From: Verrucomicrobiota bacterium
GTDB lineage: Bacteria; Verrucomicrobiota; Verrucomicrobiia; JAWXBN01
Length of the DNA stretch: 64,000 nucleotides
Direction of reading: 5' to 3'
NCBI GenBank assembly: GCA_034440155.1
Contig: JAWXBN010000053.1
Span: forward strand, 20,031-84,030
How positions within the stretch are numbered: position 1 is the first letter of the stretch; each line of letters starts with the position of its first letter. The notes beneath the pieces were generated by a model, which had not been told where the DNA came from, ran no database searches, and saw nothing but the letters and a program-made list of their open reading frames with translations. This document shows, piece by piece, positions 9,951-19,435 of this stretch. Position numbers and translations under genes: made by a program.

Positions 9951-10108
9951 ATAACACTTCTCCTTTTTGATTTCGTCAAATCGCCATGTCTTTTTATAAA
10001 AACTGACACATGGACGAACCGCGCTTTATAATCAATCGTTTAGATCACTGCAACTAAAAATTCTCATTTCTATCAATATAGTTAAAAATAACATAAAAAT
10101 AATTGACT

Positions 10109-10906
10109 TTACAGCTTCTCTTTTTGTCTTTTATGGCTCATTCGCATGGCTGTATCTTGTCTGTAATACCCCTTGAGTACATCGTAAAGCTTATGATGTT
10201 TATGCGCCATTTGTAAGGGGTTCTCAAAAAAACATTCGGAAGCAACCGCAAAAAATTCTGCGGGGTTTGTCGCAGCATAATCATCAAGGAGAGTTACACG
10301 CCCATGAATACTGTCCTCCACCAATCTTTCGTACTCATCCTTCATAACAGCATGCCATTCAATGTATTGTGCTTTAGATTTAAGCAATGGAGTGCCATCC
10401 GCAAAACCATTCATGAAATCAAGTTGATGGGCGAATTCATGGACCACTACATTCCTTCCGGGATAAGGATCCCTACTTTGCTCCAAGACACAATCCCATG
10501 CTAAGACGACAGGCCCATGCTCCCATGCCTCCCCCAAACGCGCACTATTACCTTCCATAATCACGCCATTTCTTGCTTTTCGTTCAGCCGGATTTTGATA
10601 CCCGGAGGGATAGACTAAAACGGATGCCATATGGCTAAAGTAATCATGTTTCATTGCCAAAAGCATTACTGACACATTCCCTGCTATCGTAACTTTTATC
10701 TCATCATTGATTTCTTGTCCATTACACCCCTCCCAATTTTTTTCAGAGATAAAAATCCTCATGATACTCTGCAAATGGGATTGTTCTGCCTTACTGACCA
10801 ATGAATATAACGCGACATTATTTTCCAGAATCTGCAGCCAATTCTGGGGAAATGGTTCTTTTAGGAGGGCAATTCTTTTCCGTTTCTTGAACCATTTTAA
10901 AATCAT
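10109..10906 (-). CDS. MtfA-like zinc metallopeptidase (M90 family / DUF980)
   Basis: 265 aa. HEFAHQLD zinc motif and ATNPAEFFAVASECFF resemble E. coli MtfA (HEVAHKLD...DPAECFAVLSEYFF). Confidence 0.6.
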   Translation of the reverse strand: MILKWFKKRKRIALLKEPFPQNWLQILENNVALYSLVSKAEQSHLQSIMRIFISEKNWEGCNGQEINDEIKVTIAGNVSVMLLAMKHDYFSHMASVLVYPSGYQNPAERKARNGVIMEGNSARLGEAWEHGPVVLAWDCVLEQSRDPYPGRNVVVHEFAHQLDFMNGFADGTPLLKSKAQYIEWHAVMKDEYERLVEDSIHGRVTLLDDYAATNPAEFFAVASECFFENPLQMAHKHHKLYDVLKGYYRQDTAMRMSHKRQKEKL

Positions 10907-11928
10907 AATTTGCCAATAATTTTACGGGCGATAAAAGGACCTTCGTAAATAAACCCTGTGTACACTTGGATCAATTGAGCGCCCGCATCCAGTTTTTCCT
11001 TCGCATCATCCGCAGTAAAAACACCTCCCGCCCCAATCACTGGAAGTTTCCCTAGTGTCTTTTCCACAATATAACGGATAACCGCCGTCGACCTATTTTT
11101 TAACGGTTTGCCACTTAGGCCCCCTGTTTCACGTGCCCTTGCCGTATCCGGCTGCACGAGCAAATTGCGTGAAATGGTCGTATTTGTAGCGATCACCCCC
11201 GATATGGCCTGTTCCTCCACTACCTCTAATACCTCGTCAAGCTGTGACCATTCCAGATCAGGGGCGATCTTGACAAGGATGGGTTTTCCTCCGAGTTCCT
11301 TATTTTTTTTCTGAAGAACCGAAAATATCGCGCTCAAGTGTTCCTTGTCCTGAAGCTGCCTCAATCCCGGTGTATTAGGGGAACTCACATTGACCACAAA
11401 ATAATCCCCTTCACCGTAAAGTTCAGTAAAAGAAAAAAGATAATCGCTCGCAGCCTCTTCTAGCGGTGTTACCTTACTTTTCCCAAGGTTAATCCCGAGT
11501 GGAATCCGAAGGTTAAAACTCTCATGCAGTTTATGCAGCCGCTGCGCAATTTGCTCAGCACCCTCATTATTAAATCCCATCCGGTTAATCACAGCACCCT
11601 CTGAAGGAATCCTAAAAAGCCTCGGACGCTCATTGCCCGGCTGTCCCTTGGCAGTCACTGTACCGATCTCCACAAACCCAAACCCCAATGCCTGCCATGC
11701 GGGAATCGCAACTGCGTTTTTATCAAAACCAGCAGCGAGCCCGACGGGATTAGGAAAATTCAGGCCGAATACCTCTACCGGTTTCCCCGCCCCCCGGGCA
11801 AATGGTGCCACCATAGACTGCATTAAAAATGTAGGGCCAAACAATTCTAAAAGCCGCATCACTCGGTGATGAATATCCTCCGGATCTTGTCTAAAAAAAA
11901 TCGGTCTGAGTATTTTCTCGTAAATCAC
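10903..11928 (-). CDS. pyrD: dihydroorotate dehydrogenase (quinone), class 2
   Basis: 341 aa. N-terminal membrane-associated helix, GLNFPNPVGLAAGFDKN, GFGFVEIGTVT, NRMGFNNEG motifs. Confidence 0.9.
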   Translation of the reverse strand: MIYEKILRPIFFRQDPEDIHHRVMRLLELFGPTFLMQSMVAPFARGAGKPVEVFGLNFPNPVGLAAGFDKNAVAIPAWQALGFGFVEIGTVTAKGQPGNERPRLFRIPSEGAVINRMGFNNEGAEQIAQRLHKLHESFNLRIPLGINLGKSKVTPLEEAASDYLFSFTELYGEGDYFVVNVSSPNTPGLRQLQDKEHLSAIFSVLQKKNKELGGKPILVKIAPDLEWSQLDEVLEVVEEQAISGVIATNTTISRNLLVQPDTARARETGGLSGKPLKNRSTAVIRYIVEKTLGKLPVIGAGGVFTADDAKEKLDAGAQLIQVYTGFIYEGPFIARKIIGKL

Positions 11929-11969
11929 GTGATGACTTTAAATGAAGCACTACTTGAATCAATGATGTT

Positions 11970-12737
11970 TTATTTTTTTTGAGCAACAAAATAATGGTTT
12001 TGACAGTACCTCGGGAAAAGATATTTAAATATCGTGTCAAAGTACCTGACTGTAGCAGATACCGTATTAGACTGACTCATCCGTACAGGCAGACGATTCC
12101 AACAGTTCCTAGGTATAAACCCATAACGCCCAGTCTCAAGAATTTCAAACCCCGTATCATTACAGAACTCCTCTATATCAGCCCTTATATACTTATAAAC
12201 ATGATGATGTTGCGCGGGTATCTTGGAGTTGATTTTTTCGATATAACTATACTTATTGGGAAAGTGGCCGCAAATAAAAAGCCCCCCTGGAATCAGCACA
12301 CGATTAATCTCTTTCATACTGGCTCTTTCATCTCCGCCTGTTTCTCTCACATGCTCTAACACCCCTACACTTGTCACGACATTATATGATTCGGCAGTAA
12401 ATGGCAGATTAACAGGATCAGCATCGCGAGCCGTACTATATTCAAAACTGGATGAAAAATTCTCCTCTAGAAATCTAATGAGAGCTTCATTTGCGAAAGA
12501 ATATGCATGTGTCTGGAATCCGCACTTCACGGCAAAATAACTAAAATGTCCATTCCCACATCCCCAATCCAAAACTCGGCTATTTTCCGCCACATACTTG
12601 TGTATTAAATTATATAAAGGCTCGTATTGTGCACCTGTTACCCTGCTTTTAAACTGAACCGGAAGGAGCTCTACATTATCCTTTGCTAGGGATTGGAAAG
12701 CATCAAAGATATCATCACTATTGATCTGTTTTGACAT
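11970..12737 (-). CDS. class I SAM-dependent methyltransferase
   Basis: 255 aa. Motif I VLDWGCGNGHFS and post-I/II motifs (VVTSVGVLEHV). Confidence 0.7.
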   Translation of the reverse strand: MSKQINSDDIFDAFQSLAKDNVELLPVQFKSRVTGAQYEPLYNLIHKYVAENSRVLDWGCGNGHFSYFAVKCGFQTHAYSFANEALIRFLEENFSSSFEYSTARDADPVNLPFTAESYNVVTSVGVLEHVRETGGDERASMKEINRVLIPGGLFICGHFPNKYSYIEKINSKIPAQHHHVYKYIRADIEEFCNDTGFEILETGRYGFIPRNCWNRLPVRMSQSNTVSATVRYFDTIFKYLFPRYCQNHYFVAQKK

Positions 12738-12782
12738 ATTAGAATTTTAACAAATAAAAATAAATCTCACGAGAGATATTAT

Positions 12783-14096
12783 CTACTCACCGAGTAATTT
12801 TTTCAGGCGTGCAAGTTGCACATTCACCTTGGCTACATTCTCCTCGCGTTCTTGCGAGTTTTTGATGGTGTTTTGTTTTGGTGTAATCACTATGTTACGA
12901 CCGAGATTTCCAGCTATTTTCGATTGCTGTACCGGGGCTTGGATTGTCACGGTCTGGGCAATGGATTTGGCTGGATTAGATTGAGAAGCAACAGATGGTT
13001 TTGCGACCGTCACAGTAGATCCCCCCCCACCATAACTCATGACACCCGTTTGTAACTGTAGATCATCTTGAAGGCTGCGATGTGGCTGGATCCCCATTCC
13101 TTGCAGGACTCCATGATAGGCTTTAACAGCCTCTTCAGGCGTAATCTTCCCTTCCACTATCAAGCGGAGGAACTGGATAAAGGCGAGTTGATGTTCGGCC
13201 ATATTGATCTTACGCCCAAAGAGCGCCACACGTGCCCCGTACTTTTGTGCTTCAGAGATCAGTTTAAAGGCATCATAAGTCGTTCCTGCTCCTCCACCGA
13301 GAATACCGGCTACAAGCTGCGGGTCATAAGAAACAAGTTCCTCCATGGCCTTCGGCCCATGATAGACGATCTTGAGGAACTGGGGACGTCCAGCGGAGGT
13401 TACTCCGGCTAGGGAACGGATGATATGGTCATTGATAAAGCTGCCGAGTTTTTCATCCGAGACTCCGGCATCAATATTCGGGTCGAAAACCTCAAGAAAA
13501 TATTTAAAACCTTTTCTCTCGGCTTCCTCGCGAAATGTTTTGAAGGCACACAATGAATACTTGTCTCGGTCGACATCATTGGTAAATGTCACTGAATACA
13601 ACCCGAGATTTGCCCCCGTCACATCCTCACCTTCGCCACACTCTACTTTCCCGCATTGGATATGGTCTATCGAAGCCGTACGGAAGGGTTGTGAAGCTTG
13701 TTTGATGTATTGGCTCCCCCTCACCACCCAGATATCTGTTGTATCATTTGCACGAGCAGCAGGAGTAATGTGAGAATTCTGGAATAACCCCTCTTTCATG
13801 GCTAACTGCTCGATATTTGAGGCAGAAGCCAACATGATATCAACAAACCCCTGTTTGATCACCTCCCTGATCTGCTGGCGGTATTCTTCCAATGATTTGA
13901 AATGGGCCTCACCCTTCGCATAAGCTTCAGGTGATTGCCCCGCTTTGGGTCCAGGCGCCGCAGCCCCAAAAGCCATATCGGCGTCCTTCGCATCGGCAAT
14001 AATAAAGGCCTTGCTGGAATGAGGATTCTGCCTGATTTCAGCGAGTTTTTGATCAAGTGATTTATTCATAAAAAATTCCTGATAATTAATTTCCAA
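12783..14096 (-). CDS. DhnA/FbaB-type class I aldolase family protein with about 85-aa low-complexity C-terminal tail
   Basis: 437 aa. C-terminal TIM-barrel region GILGGGAGTTYDAFKLISEAQKYGARVALFGRKIN parallels E. coli FbaB (INSGGAAGGETDLSDAV...LILGRKAFK). Followed by GGGGS linker, a Q/S/T/P-rich stretch and a terminal predicted helix ENVAKVNVQLARLKKLLGE. Confidence 0.55.
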   Translation of the reverse strand: MEINYQEFFMNKSLDQKLAEIRQNPHSSKAFIIADAKDADMAFGAAAPGPKAGQSPEAYAKGEAHFKSLEEYRQQIREVIKQGFVDIMLASASNIEQLAMKEGLFQNSHITPAARANDTTDIWVVRGSQYIKQASQPFRTASIDHIQCGKVECGEGEDVTGANLGLYSVTFTNDVDRDKYSLCAFKTFREEAERKGFKYFLEVFDPNIDAGVSDEKLGSFINDHIIRSLAGVTSAGRPQFLKIVYHGPKAMEELVSYDPQLVAGILGGGAGTTYDAFKLISEAQKYGARVALFGRKINMAEHQLAFIQFLRLIVEGKITPEEAVKAYHGVLQGMGIQPHRSLQDDLQLQTGVMSYGGGGSTVTVAKPSVASQSNPAKSIAQTVTIQAPVQQSKIAGNLGRNIVITPKQNTIKNSQEREENVAKVNVQLARLKKLLGE

Positions 14097-14529
14097 GTCC
14101 TAATTGCTGATTTTTTATCCTTTTACGTATTAGAAAACCTATTACTGCACTCAGCAAAGCAATCAACAGGCTTGAAAAGAGAAATATTGAATTGCTCCAG
14201 TGATAATGGTTTTCAGCAAGAACCAGCATGAATATAGAAAATATCGATACACAGACAATGATCCTAGTCTGTTTTAAATCTAAGTGATATTTTTGTGCCC
14301 GTTTTGCATCATTACATATCAAGGTCTTGGCTTTTTTGCCATATTTTCGAGATAATATTGCGAACGGAAGGAATAATAAAAATGGTGAGATTAGGGCGGA
14401 AATATTCATTTTTCCATTATCCCCTCTATGTCCTATCAAAAGAGGAGTAACAACCAAAAAGATAATCGAAAGAACAGAAGCCAAGAGTGCTATGTTCTGA
14501 TGCTTTTTGATTTGTTTTTCTTCATCCAT
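14086..14529 (-). CDS. small hypothetical integral membrane protein
   Basis: 147 aa, about 4 TM helices. Overlaps the downstream aldolase-like gene by 11 nt (operonic). No family recognised. Confidence 0.45.
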   Translation of the reverse strand: MDEEKQIKKHQNIALLASVLSIIFLVVTPLLIGHRGDNGKMNISALISPFLLFLPFAILSRKYGKKAKTLICNDAKRAQKYHLDLKQTRIIVCVSIFSIFMLVLAENHYHWSNSIFLFSSLLIALLSAVIGFLIRKRIKNQQLGLGN

Positions 14530-14555
14530 AAATATGATTCAATCCAAAGAAAAAA

Positions 14556-15488
14556 CTATGCTTTAACCTTAGCCAATGTGTCTTTCAGAGCCTTGGCTGA
14601 TGCTTGGAGTCCATTGAGCTCTTTAGGCCAGAGTTCAACCTCGATCCGCTTTTCAGCCCCGCCTCGACCGACGATGGTGGGTACACTCAGACAAATATCC
14701 CGAATCCCGTATTCCCCGCGCATGTAGCTCGACACCGGCAGGATTGCTTTCCGGTCAAGGGCAATCGCTTCCACCACGACCTTGATGGCGACTCCCACGG
14801 CCCAACCTGCTCCACCTTTACGACTGATCACCTCGGCTCCACTGCCTTTAGTGCGTTCAAAAAGCTTTGTCTGGAGCTGAGGCGTCATCCCTGGGAAATT
14901 TGCGAGTGAAATCCCGTCTACAGTCGCTGAGGACCACACGGGAATCATGGAGTCACCATGTTCACCCAAGATCAGGGCGCGAACCTGGGTTGCCGGCAGA
15001 TTGAGTTCAGCAGCGATTAACGAGCAAAACCTTGAGGTATCGAGCATGGTCCCCAGACCAATAACGCGTGACTCTGGAAGCCCGAGTTTTTGTAGGGCAA
15101 GTTGCGTCAGGATATCGACAGGATTACTGACCACAAAAATATAAGCATCATCACGGAGACGGGCTGCCTTTAAACTTTCAAGAATTTGGAGAAAAAGAGA
15201 AACATTCCGGTTAATCAGGTCGAGGCGTGATTCGTCCGGTTTACGGCGCAGTCCTGCCGTAATGACAATCATATTACACTGCGCCATTTGCTCGTATCCA
15301 CAGGAGTATATTTTCTGGTCACCACAAAATGCCGCCCCATGCAACAAATCCAAGGCCTCACCCTCAGCAGTCGCCACATTCGCATCCAAGAGAGCAATTT
15401 CTTTAACAATCCCGCCGCACTGCAAGGCAAAAGCCGCACAACTGCCGACACGTCCCCCTGCACCGATGATTCCGACTTTTAAACTCAT
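14556..15488 (-). CDS. mdh: malate dehydrogenase (LDH-like MDH family)
   Basis: 310 aa. Rossmann GIIGAGGRVGS. Substrate loop ITAGLRRKPDESRLDL carries Arg at the LDH-Q102 equivalent position, the MDH signature. Catalytic H in GEHGDSMIP. Confidence 0.75.
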   Translation of the reverse strand: MSLKVGIIGAGGRVGSCAAFALQCGGIVKEIALLDANVATAEGEALDLLHGAAFCGDQKIYSCGYEQMAQCNMIVITAGLRRKPDESRLDLINRNVSLFLQILESLKAARLRDDAYIFVVSNPVDILTQLALQKLGLPESRVIGLGTMLDTSRFCSLIAAELNLPATQVRALILGEHGDSMIPVWSSATVDGISLANFPGMTPQLQTKLFERTKGSGAEVISRKGGAGWAVGVAIKVVVEAIALDRKAILPVSSYMRGEYGIRDICLSVPTIVGRGGAEKRIEVELWPKELNGLQASAKALKDTLAKVKA

Positions 15489-15566
15489 AATCTTTTTCTC
15501 CCGTTTATTGATAAATATAAAATTTTCCCGAGTCCGTATTCACACGCACCATTTCTCAAAGCATCC

Positions 15567-16613
15567 TTATTTTCCGCCAAAAGCTTTCATGATCTCATTA
15601 GTGATTTTTTGAACCGCTTCTTCTGGCACTTCCACTTCTGCTGCTTTGGCCGATTCGTTCCCGGTCTTGCACCCGCAAGAGCCTGTCGCCGTTTTACCAC
15701 GCAAGACTTCCCACGGATCAACTTCACAGAGTTGCACCGGCTTTAATCCCTCCCGGGGATCTGGCATCCCGAGTTTACTCCGGAGTTCAAGCAATTTACC
15801 CACTTCATCACTCGGAATCGTGCTGTCACCCTTTAACGGCATGGCATTCAAAAGGGTACGGCAATAAGCATCCGTGATTTCCATTTTCCAATAAGCATCT
15901 TCCACCCCAAATCCCCAACAAATAACCCCGTGGTTGCCCATCAGGATTGATTGGTGTTCGGCCGCCAATGGCTGGATGATCTCGGCCATTTCTTTCCCGC
16001 CGGGTGTCTTATAAGGGGCCAAGGGAGCGCGCCCCACAAAAACCTCATATTCGGGAATCAAACAAGCGGGAGGCTCGATTCCGGCTATGGCGAAAGCTGT
16101 GGCATGAACCGGGTGGGCATGGACGACGGCTTTAGCATTTGAGTTCCCCTTATAAAGGGCTAGATGGGTCGTGATTTCACTCGTGCGTTTACTGGAACCG
16201 GCAATTTGATTCCCTTCCAGATCCACCATACAAATCATATCCGGAGTCATAAATCCCTTACTCACCAATGTCGGGGTACAAAGGACTTGATTCTGTCCGA
16301 TACGGTAAGAAATATTCCCCCCGTTCCCGTCAACATATTCACGAGTCCAGAGCCGGCGACCCATTTCACAAATCTCTTTTTTGACGCGTTCGGCTTCTTC
16401 CGAAAAAAACATTGCCTGAACAGGATCAGAAGACGAAGATGCCGAAACACTTACGCCACTCTGGGCAATTTGCGCGGAGACAATAATTTTAATCTGATTT
16501 TCAGAAAAAACATCTTTGGCCCCGGGAGTAACGATAACCCCCGCTAGAACAGTAAATTCTTTTTTGCCGGTGGAGGCAAATTGCATCGCATCTTTTTCTG
16601 TGAAGAGTTTCAT
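15567..16613 (-). CDS. class II aldolase (fuculose/rhamnulose-1-phosphate aldolase-like), BMC-targeted
   Basis: 348 aa. Class II aldolase core from about residue 75 (GNGGNISYR...HAHPVHATAFA). C-terminal linker plus amphipathic helix EEAVQKITNEIMKAFGG looks like a BMC encapsulation peptide. About 70-aa N-terminal extension of unknown function. Confidence 0.8.
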   Translation of the reverse strand: MKLFTEKDAMQFASTGKKEFTVLAGVIVTPGAKDVFSENQIKIIVSAQIAQSGVSVSASSSSDPVQAMFFSEEAERVKKEICEMGRRLWTREYVDGNGGNISYRIGQNQVLCTPTLVSKGFMTPDMICMVDLEGNQIAGSSKRTSEITTHLALYKGNSNAKAVVHAHPVHATAFAIAGIEPPACLIPEYEVFVGRAPLAPYKTPGGKEMAEIIQPLAAEHQSILMGNHGVICWGFGVEDAYWKMEITDAYCRTLLNAMPLKGDSTIPSDEVGKLLELRSKLGMPDPREGLKPVQLCEVDPWEVLRGKTATGSCGCKTGNESAKAAEVEVPEEAVQKITNEIMKAFGGK

Positions 16614-16619
16614 AATTTA

Positions 16620-16916
16620 TTATTCCTGGTATGTTTTTCCTTGATAAAAATATTCATCGATGAGACCCGCACAATAGGCATCCACAGGCCGAGCCGGGTC
16701 GAAAGGGCAGGCAGCCTCACGGCCTTCACTGATGGCGATCGTCTGCCCCTGACTGGCTCCTAACTCGTCATAAACAACAATGGCAAAGTCGGTCGCTTTC
16801 TTCTCACCAGCAAAACGCTCCTGTTTCCAAGGCGCTACCAGCAAAAGCCTCTCACCGACATAACTTTCATGCCGTCTCGACAAGACCACGCGGCCTATGA
16901 CTGTTCCAAATCTCAT
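16620..16916 (-). CDS. BMC vertex protein (BMC-P; EutN/PduN/CcmL family)
   Basis: 98 aa. MRFGTVIGRVVLSRR...ERLLLVAP matches the EutN-family N-terminus. Confidence 0.8.
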   Translation of the reverse strand: MRFGTVIGRVVLSRRHESYVGERLLLVAPWKQERFAGEKKATDFAIVVYDELGASQGQTIAISEGREAACPFDPARPVDAYCAGLIDEYFYQGKTYQE

Positions 16917-17188
16917 GCGTTTAAATTCACTCCGTCGTCAATTACCCCCAGCACCGCCCAACGGGCAGGACTGAGTTCACTACCGACAATTTTCCGGGCT
17001 TCCGAGCCGTCACTGGAAATAATGACTTTTGATCCGATCCCAGCTCCAAAAGTATCAATCACCAGTTGCGGAGCCCCGTCATTAAAATCGTCATAGGAAA
17101 GAGGTTGTGCAATCATCAGACGCCACCCCTCGAGTGAAACATGTTTCACCTCGGCTGTTGCATAACCTTCTATCCGTGCGATTTTCAT
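16913..17188 (-). CDS. BMC vertex protein (BMC-P; EutN/PduN/CcmL family)
   Basis: 91 aa. MKIARIEGYATAEVKHVSLEGWRLMIAQPL... Overlaps the next BMC-P gene by 4 nt. Confidence 0.8.
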   Translation of the reverse strand: MKIARIEGYATAEVKHVSLEGWRLMIAQPLSYDDFNDGAPQLVIDTFGAGIGSKVIISSDGSEARKIVGSELSPARWAVLGVIDDGVNLNA

Positions 17189-17195
17189 TCGTTAA

Positions 17196-18656
17196 TCAAT
17201 AAATCTTGAGTTGATCGACCATGACACAGCGACGGCTGCGGGTGAATGTCATCGGTGTGGTGACTCCTTCTCCCGTCGGGGTCGCGATACTAAAGCTCAG
17301 AAAACCTTCACCTCCCAAACCCAAACCTGTCATGCTCGGACCGTTCTTGATGTAAAGTGTCGTATCTACGGCTTGAGCCATTTTCGTCATATTGACGACA
17401 TTCTGGGAATGAATGATGGCTGTGTGTTTATAACCATGCTCGGCACGAACCGCTGCGGCCACCGCATCGTCAAAATTCTTTACCCGTACAATCGGGATAA
17501 AGGGCATCATCTGCTCTTCTTCCACAAAGATATGATCTTCAGGGGTCACCCCAAAAAGTAACTGTGTCGATGCTGGCACATCTAGCCCTGCAATTTTAGC
17601 CAATACTGAAGCATCGGCTCCCACGAGCTTGCGATTCACACTCGGATGAGCGCAACCCGCGCCTTGGCCTTCGGGGAATACAAAAGCTTCTTGGGTGAGT
17701 TTTTCGATTTGGGCTGCATTTAATTGGACTGCCCCGTGTTTCTTGAGGGCGGCAATCAAGGCGTCGGCTACTTTCTCCACCACAAAAACTTCCTTTTCGC
17801 CGATGCAGAGCAAATTGTTATCATAAGAAGCTCCTTGGATGATTGCCGAGGCCGCCTGATCGAGGTTTGCGGTTTCATCCACGACGACAGGGGGATTTCC
17901 CGGACCGGCACAAACGGCACGTTTTCCTGATGCCATGGCTGCTTTGACTACCGCAGGGCCGCCTGTAACGCAGAGCAAACGGACAAACGGGCTCTTGCAC
18001 ATGGTATTAAAGGATTCAAGAGTTGGTTTCTCCACCATAGACAACATATCGCTGATCCCTGTGACCTTTTCGATTTCACGGTTGTAAACACGCAAGGCAA
18101 TGGCCGCACATTTTGCCGCACTCGGATGACAGTTAAAAACAATCGTGTTCCCCGCAGCAATCATATTAATCGCATTGCCCGTAATGGTAGGAACACTGTG
18201 GGTCGACGGGGTAATCGCCCCGATCACGCCCCATGGCGTATATTCGATCACTGTTAACCCGTGATCACCACTGAAAGCGTCGTGTTTGAGGAATTCCACA
18301 CCTGGAACCAAATCACCACAAATGCCCAGCTTCTCGATTTTATGATCCAAGCGCCCTATTTTGGTTTCTTCGAACTCAATCCGGCCCCACTCTTGGGCAT
18401 TTTGCACACAGAGTTTACGGATGACATTAATCGCTTTTTTACGGGCTTCGACCCCGGCGGCCTGGAGCTTTTGAAAAGAAACATCAGCAGCGGCAATGGC
18501 TTCTTCCATCGTGGGGTACACACCGTATCCACCGGCACTCACCGGTATACTGGAGACCGGCGTAGCGGGAGTCGCCTGTGGAGCACCAGCTCCCAAACTT
18601 GCCAACACCTGTTGAACCACCCTTGCGATTGTATCATCATTAATTTGTGTGTTCAT
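17196..18656 (-). CDS. CoA-acylating aldehyde dehydrogenase (PduP/EutE-like) with N-terminal encapsulation peptide
   Basis: 486 aa. ALDH fold with catalytic Cys in NLLCIGEKE. N-terminal amphipathic helix DDTIARVVQQVLASL followed by a G/A/P/T-rich linker is typical of BMC encapsulation peptides. Confidence 0.85.
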   Translation of the reverse strand: MNTQINDDTIARVVQQVLASLGAGAPQATPATPVSSIPVSAGGYGVYPTMEEAIAAADVSFQKLQAAGVEARKKAINVIRKLCVQNAQEWGRIEFEETKIGRLDHKIEKLGICGDLVPGVEFLKHDAFSGDHGLTVIEYTPWGVIGAITPSTHSVPTITGNAINMIAAGNTIVFNCHPSAAKCAAIALRVYNREIEKVTGISDMLSMVEKPTLESFNTMCKSPFVRLLCVTGGPAVVKAAMASGKRAVCAGPGNPPVVVDETANLDQAASAIIQGASYDNNLLCIGEKEVFVVEKVADALIAALKKHGAVQLNAAQIEKLTQEAFVFPEGQGAGCAHPSVNRKLVGADASVLAKIAGLDVPASTQLLFGVTPEDHIFVEEEQMMPFIPIVRVKNFDDAVAAAVRAEHGYKHTAIIHSQNVVNMTKMAQAVDTTLYIKNGPSMTGLGLGGEGFLSFSIATPTGEGVTTPMTFTRSRRCVMVDQLKIY

Positions 18657-18692
18657 AATCGATTTTCATCCTGATCAAACGGCATTATCGTT

Positions 18693-19001
18693 CTACTTAT
18701 TCTTGTATATTTCACGTCCATGGAGATCGACCGCGTCGACGATGCCGATAATGACAGCATCGACGGGTGTATCCTTATCCTTGGCGGCCAGACGGGCGGA
18801 GCTTCCTTGCACAACAAGCACGAGCTCACCCACGCCGGCCCCGAGGCTATCCGTCACCACGATTGTCGATGATGAAGCTTTGAATTCCTTAGCGTCCGGC
18901 CCTTCAGCAGTGACAGGACGCACGACGAGCAGTTTCTGCCCGGTCATTTTTTCATTCTTCTTGGTCGCGACCAGCGCGCCCTCGACTTTGGCTAGGATCA
19001 T
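18693..19001 (-). CDS. BMC vertex protein (BMC-P; EutN/PduN/CcmL family)
   Basis: Likely start is the internal MILAKVEGALVATKK... (about 102 aa). The ORF track extends 25 codons further upstream. Confidence 0.8.
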   Translation of the reverse strand: MILAKVEGALVATKKNEKMTGQKLLVVRPVTAEGPDAKEFKASSSTIVVTDSLGAGVGELVLVVQGSSARLAAKDKDTPVDAVIIGIVDAVDLHGREIYKNK

Positions 19002-19102
19002 AATACTTTTCCTTCTATGCAGATGAAGGCGTAATGAATCATCCGTTAACACCGGACCACCCACTCCATCCCGCAAACTGCCTCAGGTTATACTGGCTTA
19101 AA

Positions 19103-19384
19103 TTATTTTGTCTTGGGGAGTATACCCAGGATTTCGTCATGAGGACGGGGAATCACGCTGGTGGTAATAATTTCTCCACCAATAGCGGCGGCGGCTGTAC
19201 GACCAGCCTCTGTTGCGGCTTTAACAGCGGCGACATCACCGGTGACAACGCTCGTGACCATGGCGTTACCGACTTGTTGGTAACCCACGAGTTTAACATT
19301 CGCGCTTTTGAGCATCGCGTCGGTAGCCTCGACCAATGCGACGAGCCCACGTGTTTCAATGAATCCTAATGCTTGTTGTGACAT
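19103..19384 (-). CDS. BMC hexamer shell protein (BMC-H, Pfam00936)
   Basis: 93 aa. MSQQALGFIETRGLVALVEATDAMLKSANVKLVGY... Canonical PduA/EutM-type BMC domain. Confidence 0.9.
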   Translation of the reverse strand: MSQQALGFIETRGLVALVEATDAMLKSANVKLVGYQQVGNAMVTSVVTGDVAAVKAATEAGRTAAAAIGGEIITTSVIPRPHDEILGILPKTK

Positions 19385-19435
19385 ATTTTTGTTTTCCTAT
19401 TTTTGTTTTTTAAGTTGGTTAAAAATTTAGTTCTA

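Noticed and set aside
11979-12540. Plus-strand ORFs of 126 and 94 aa
   Set aside because: Antisense to the SAM methyltransferase gene.
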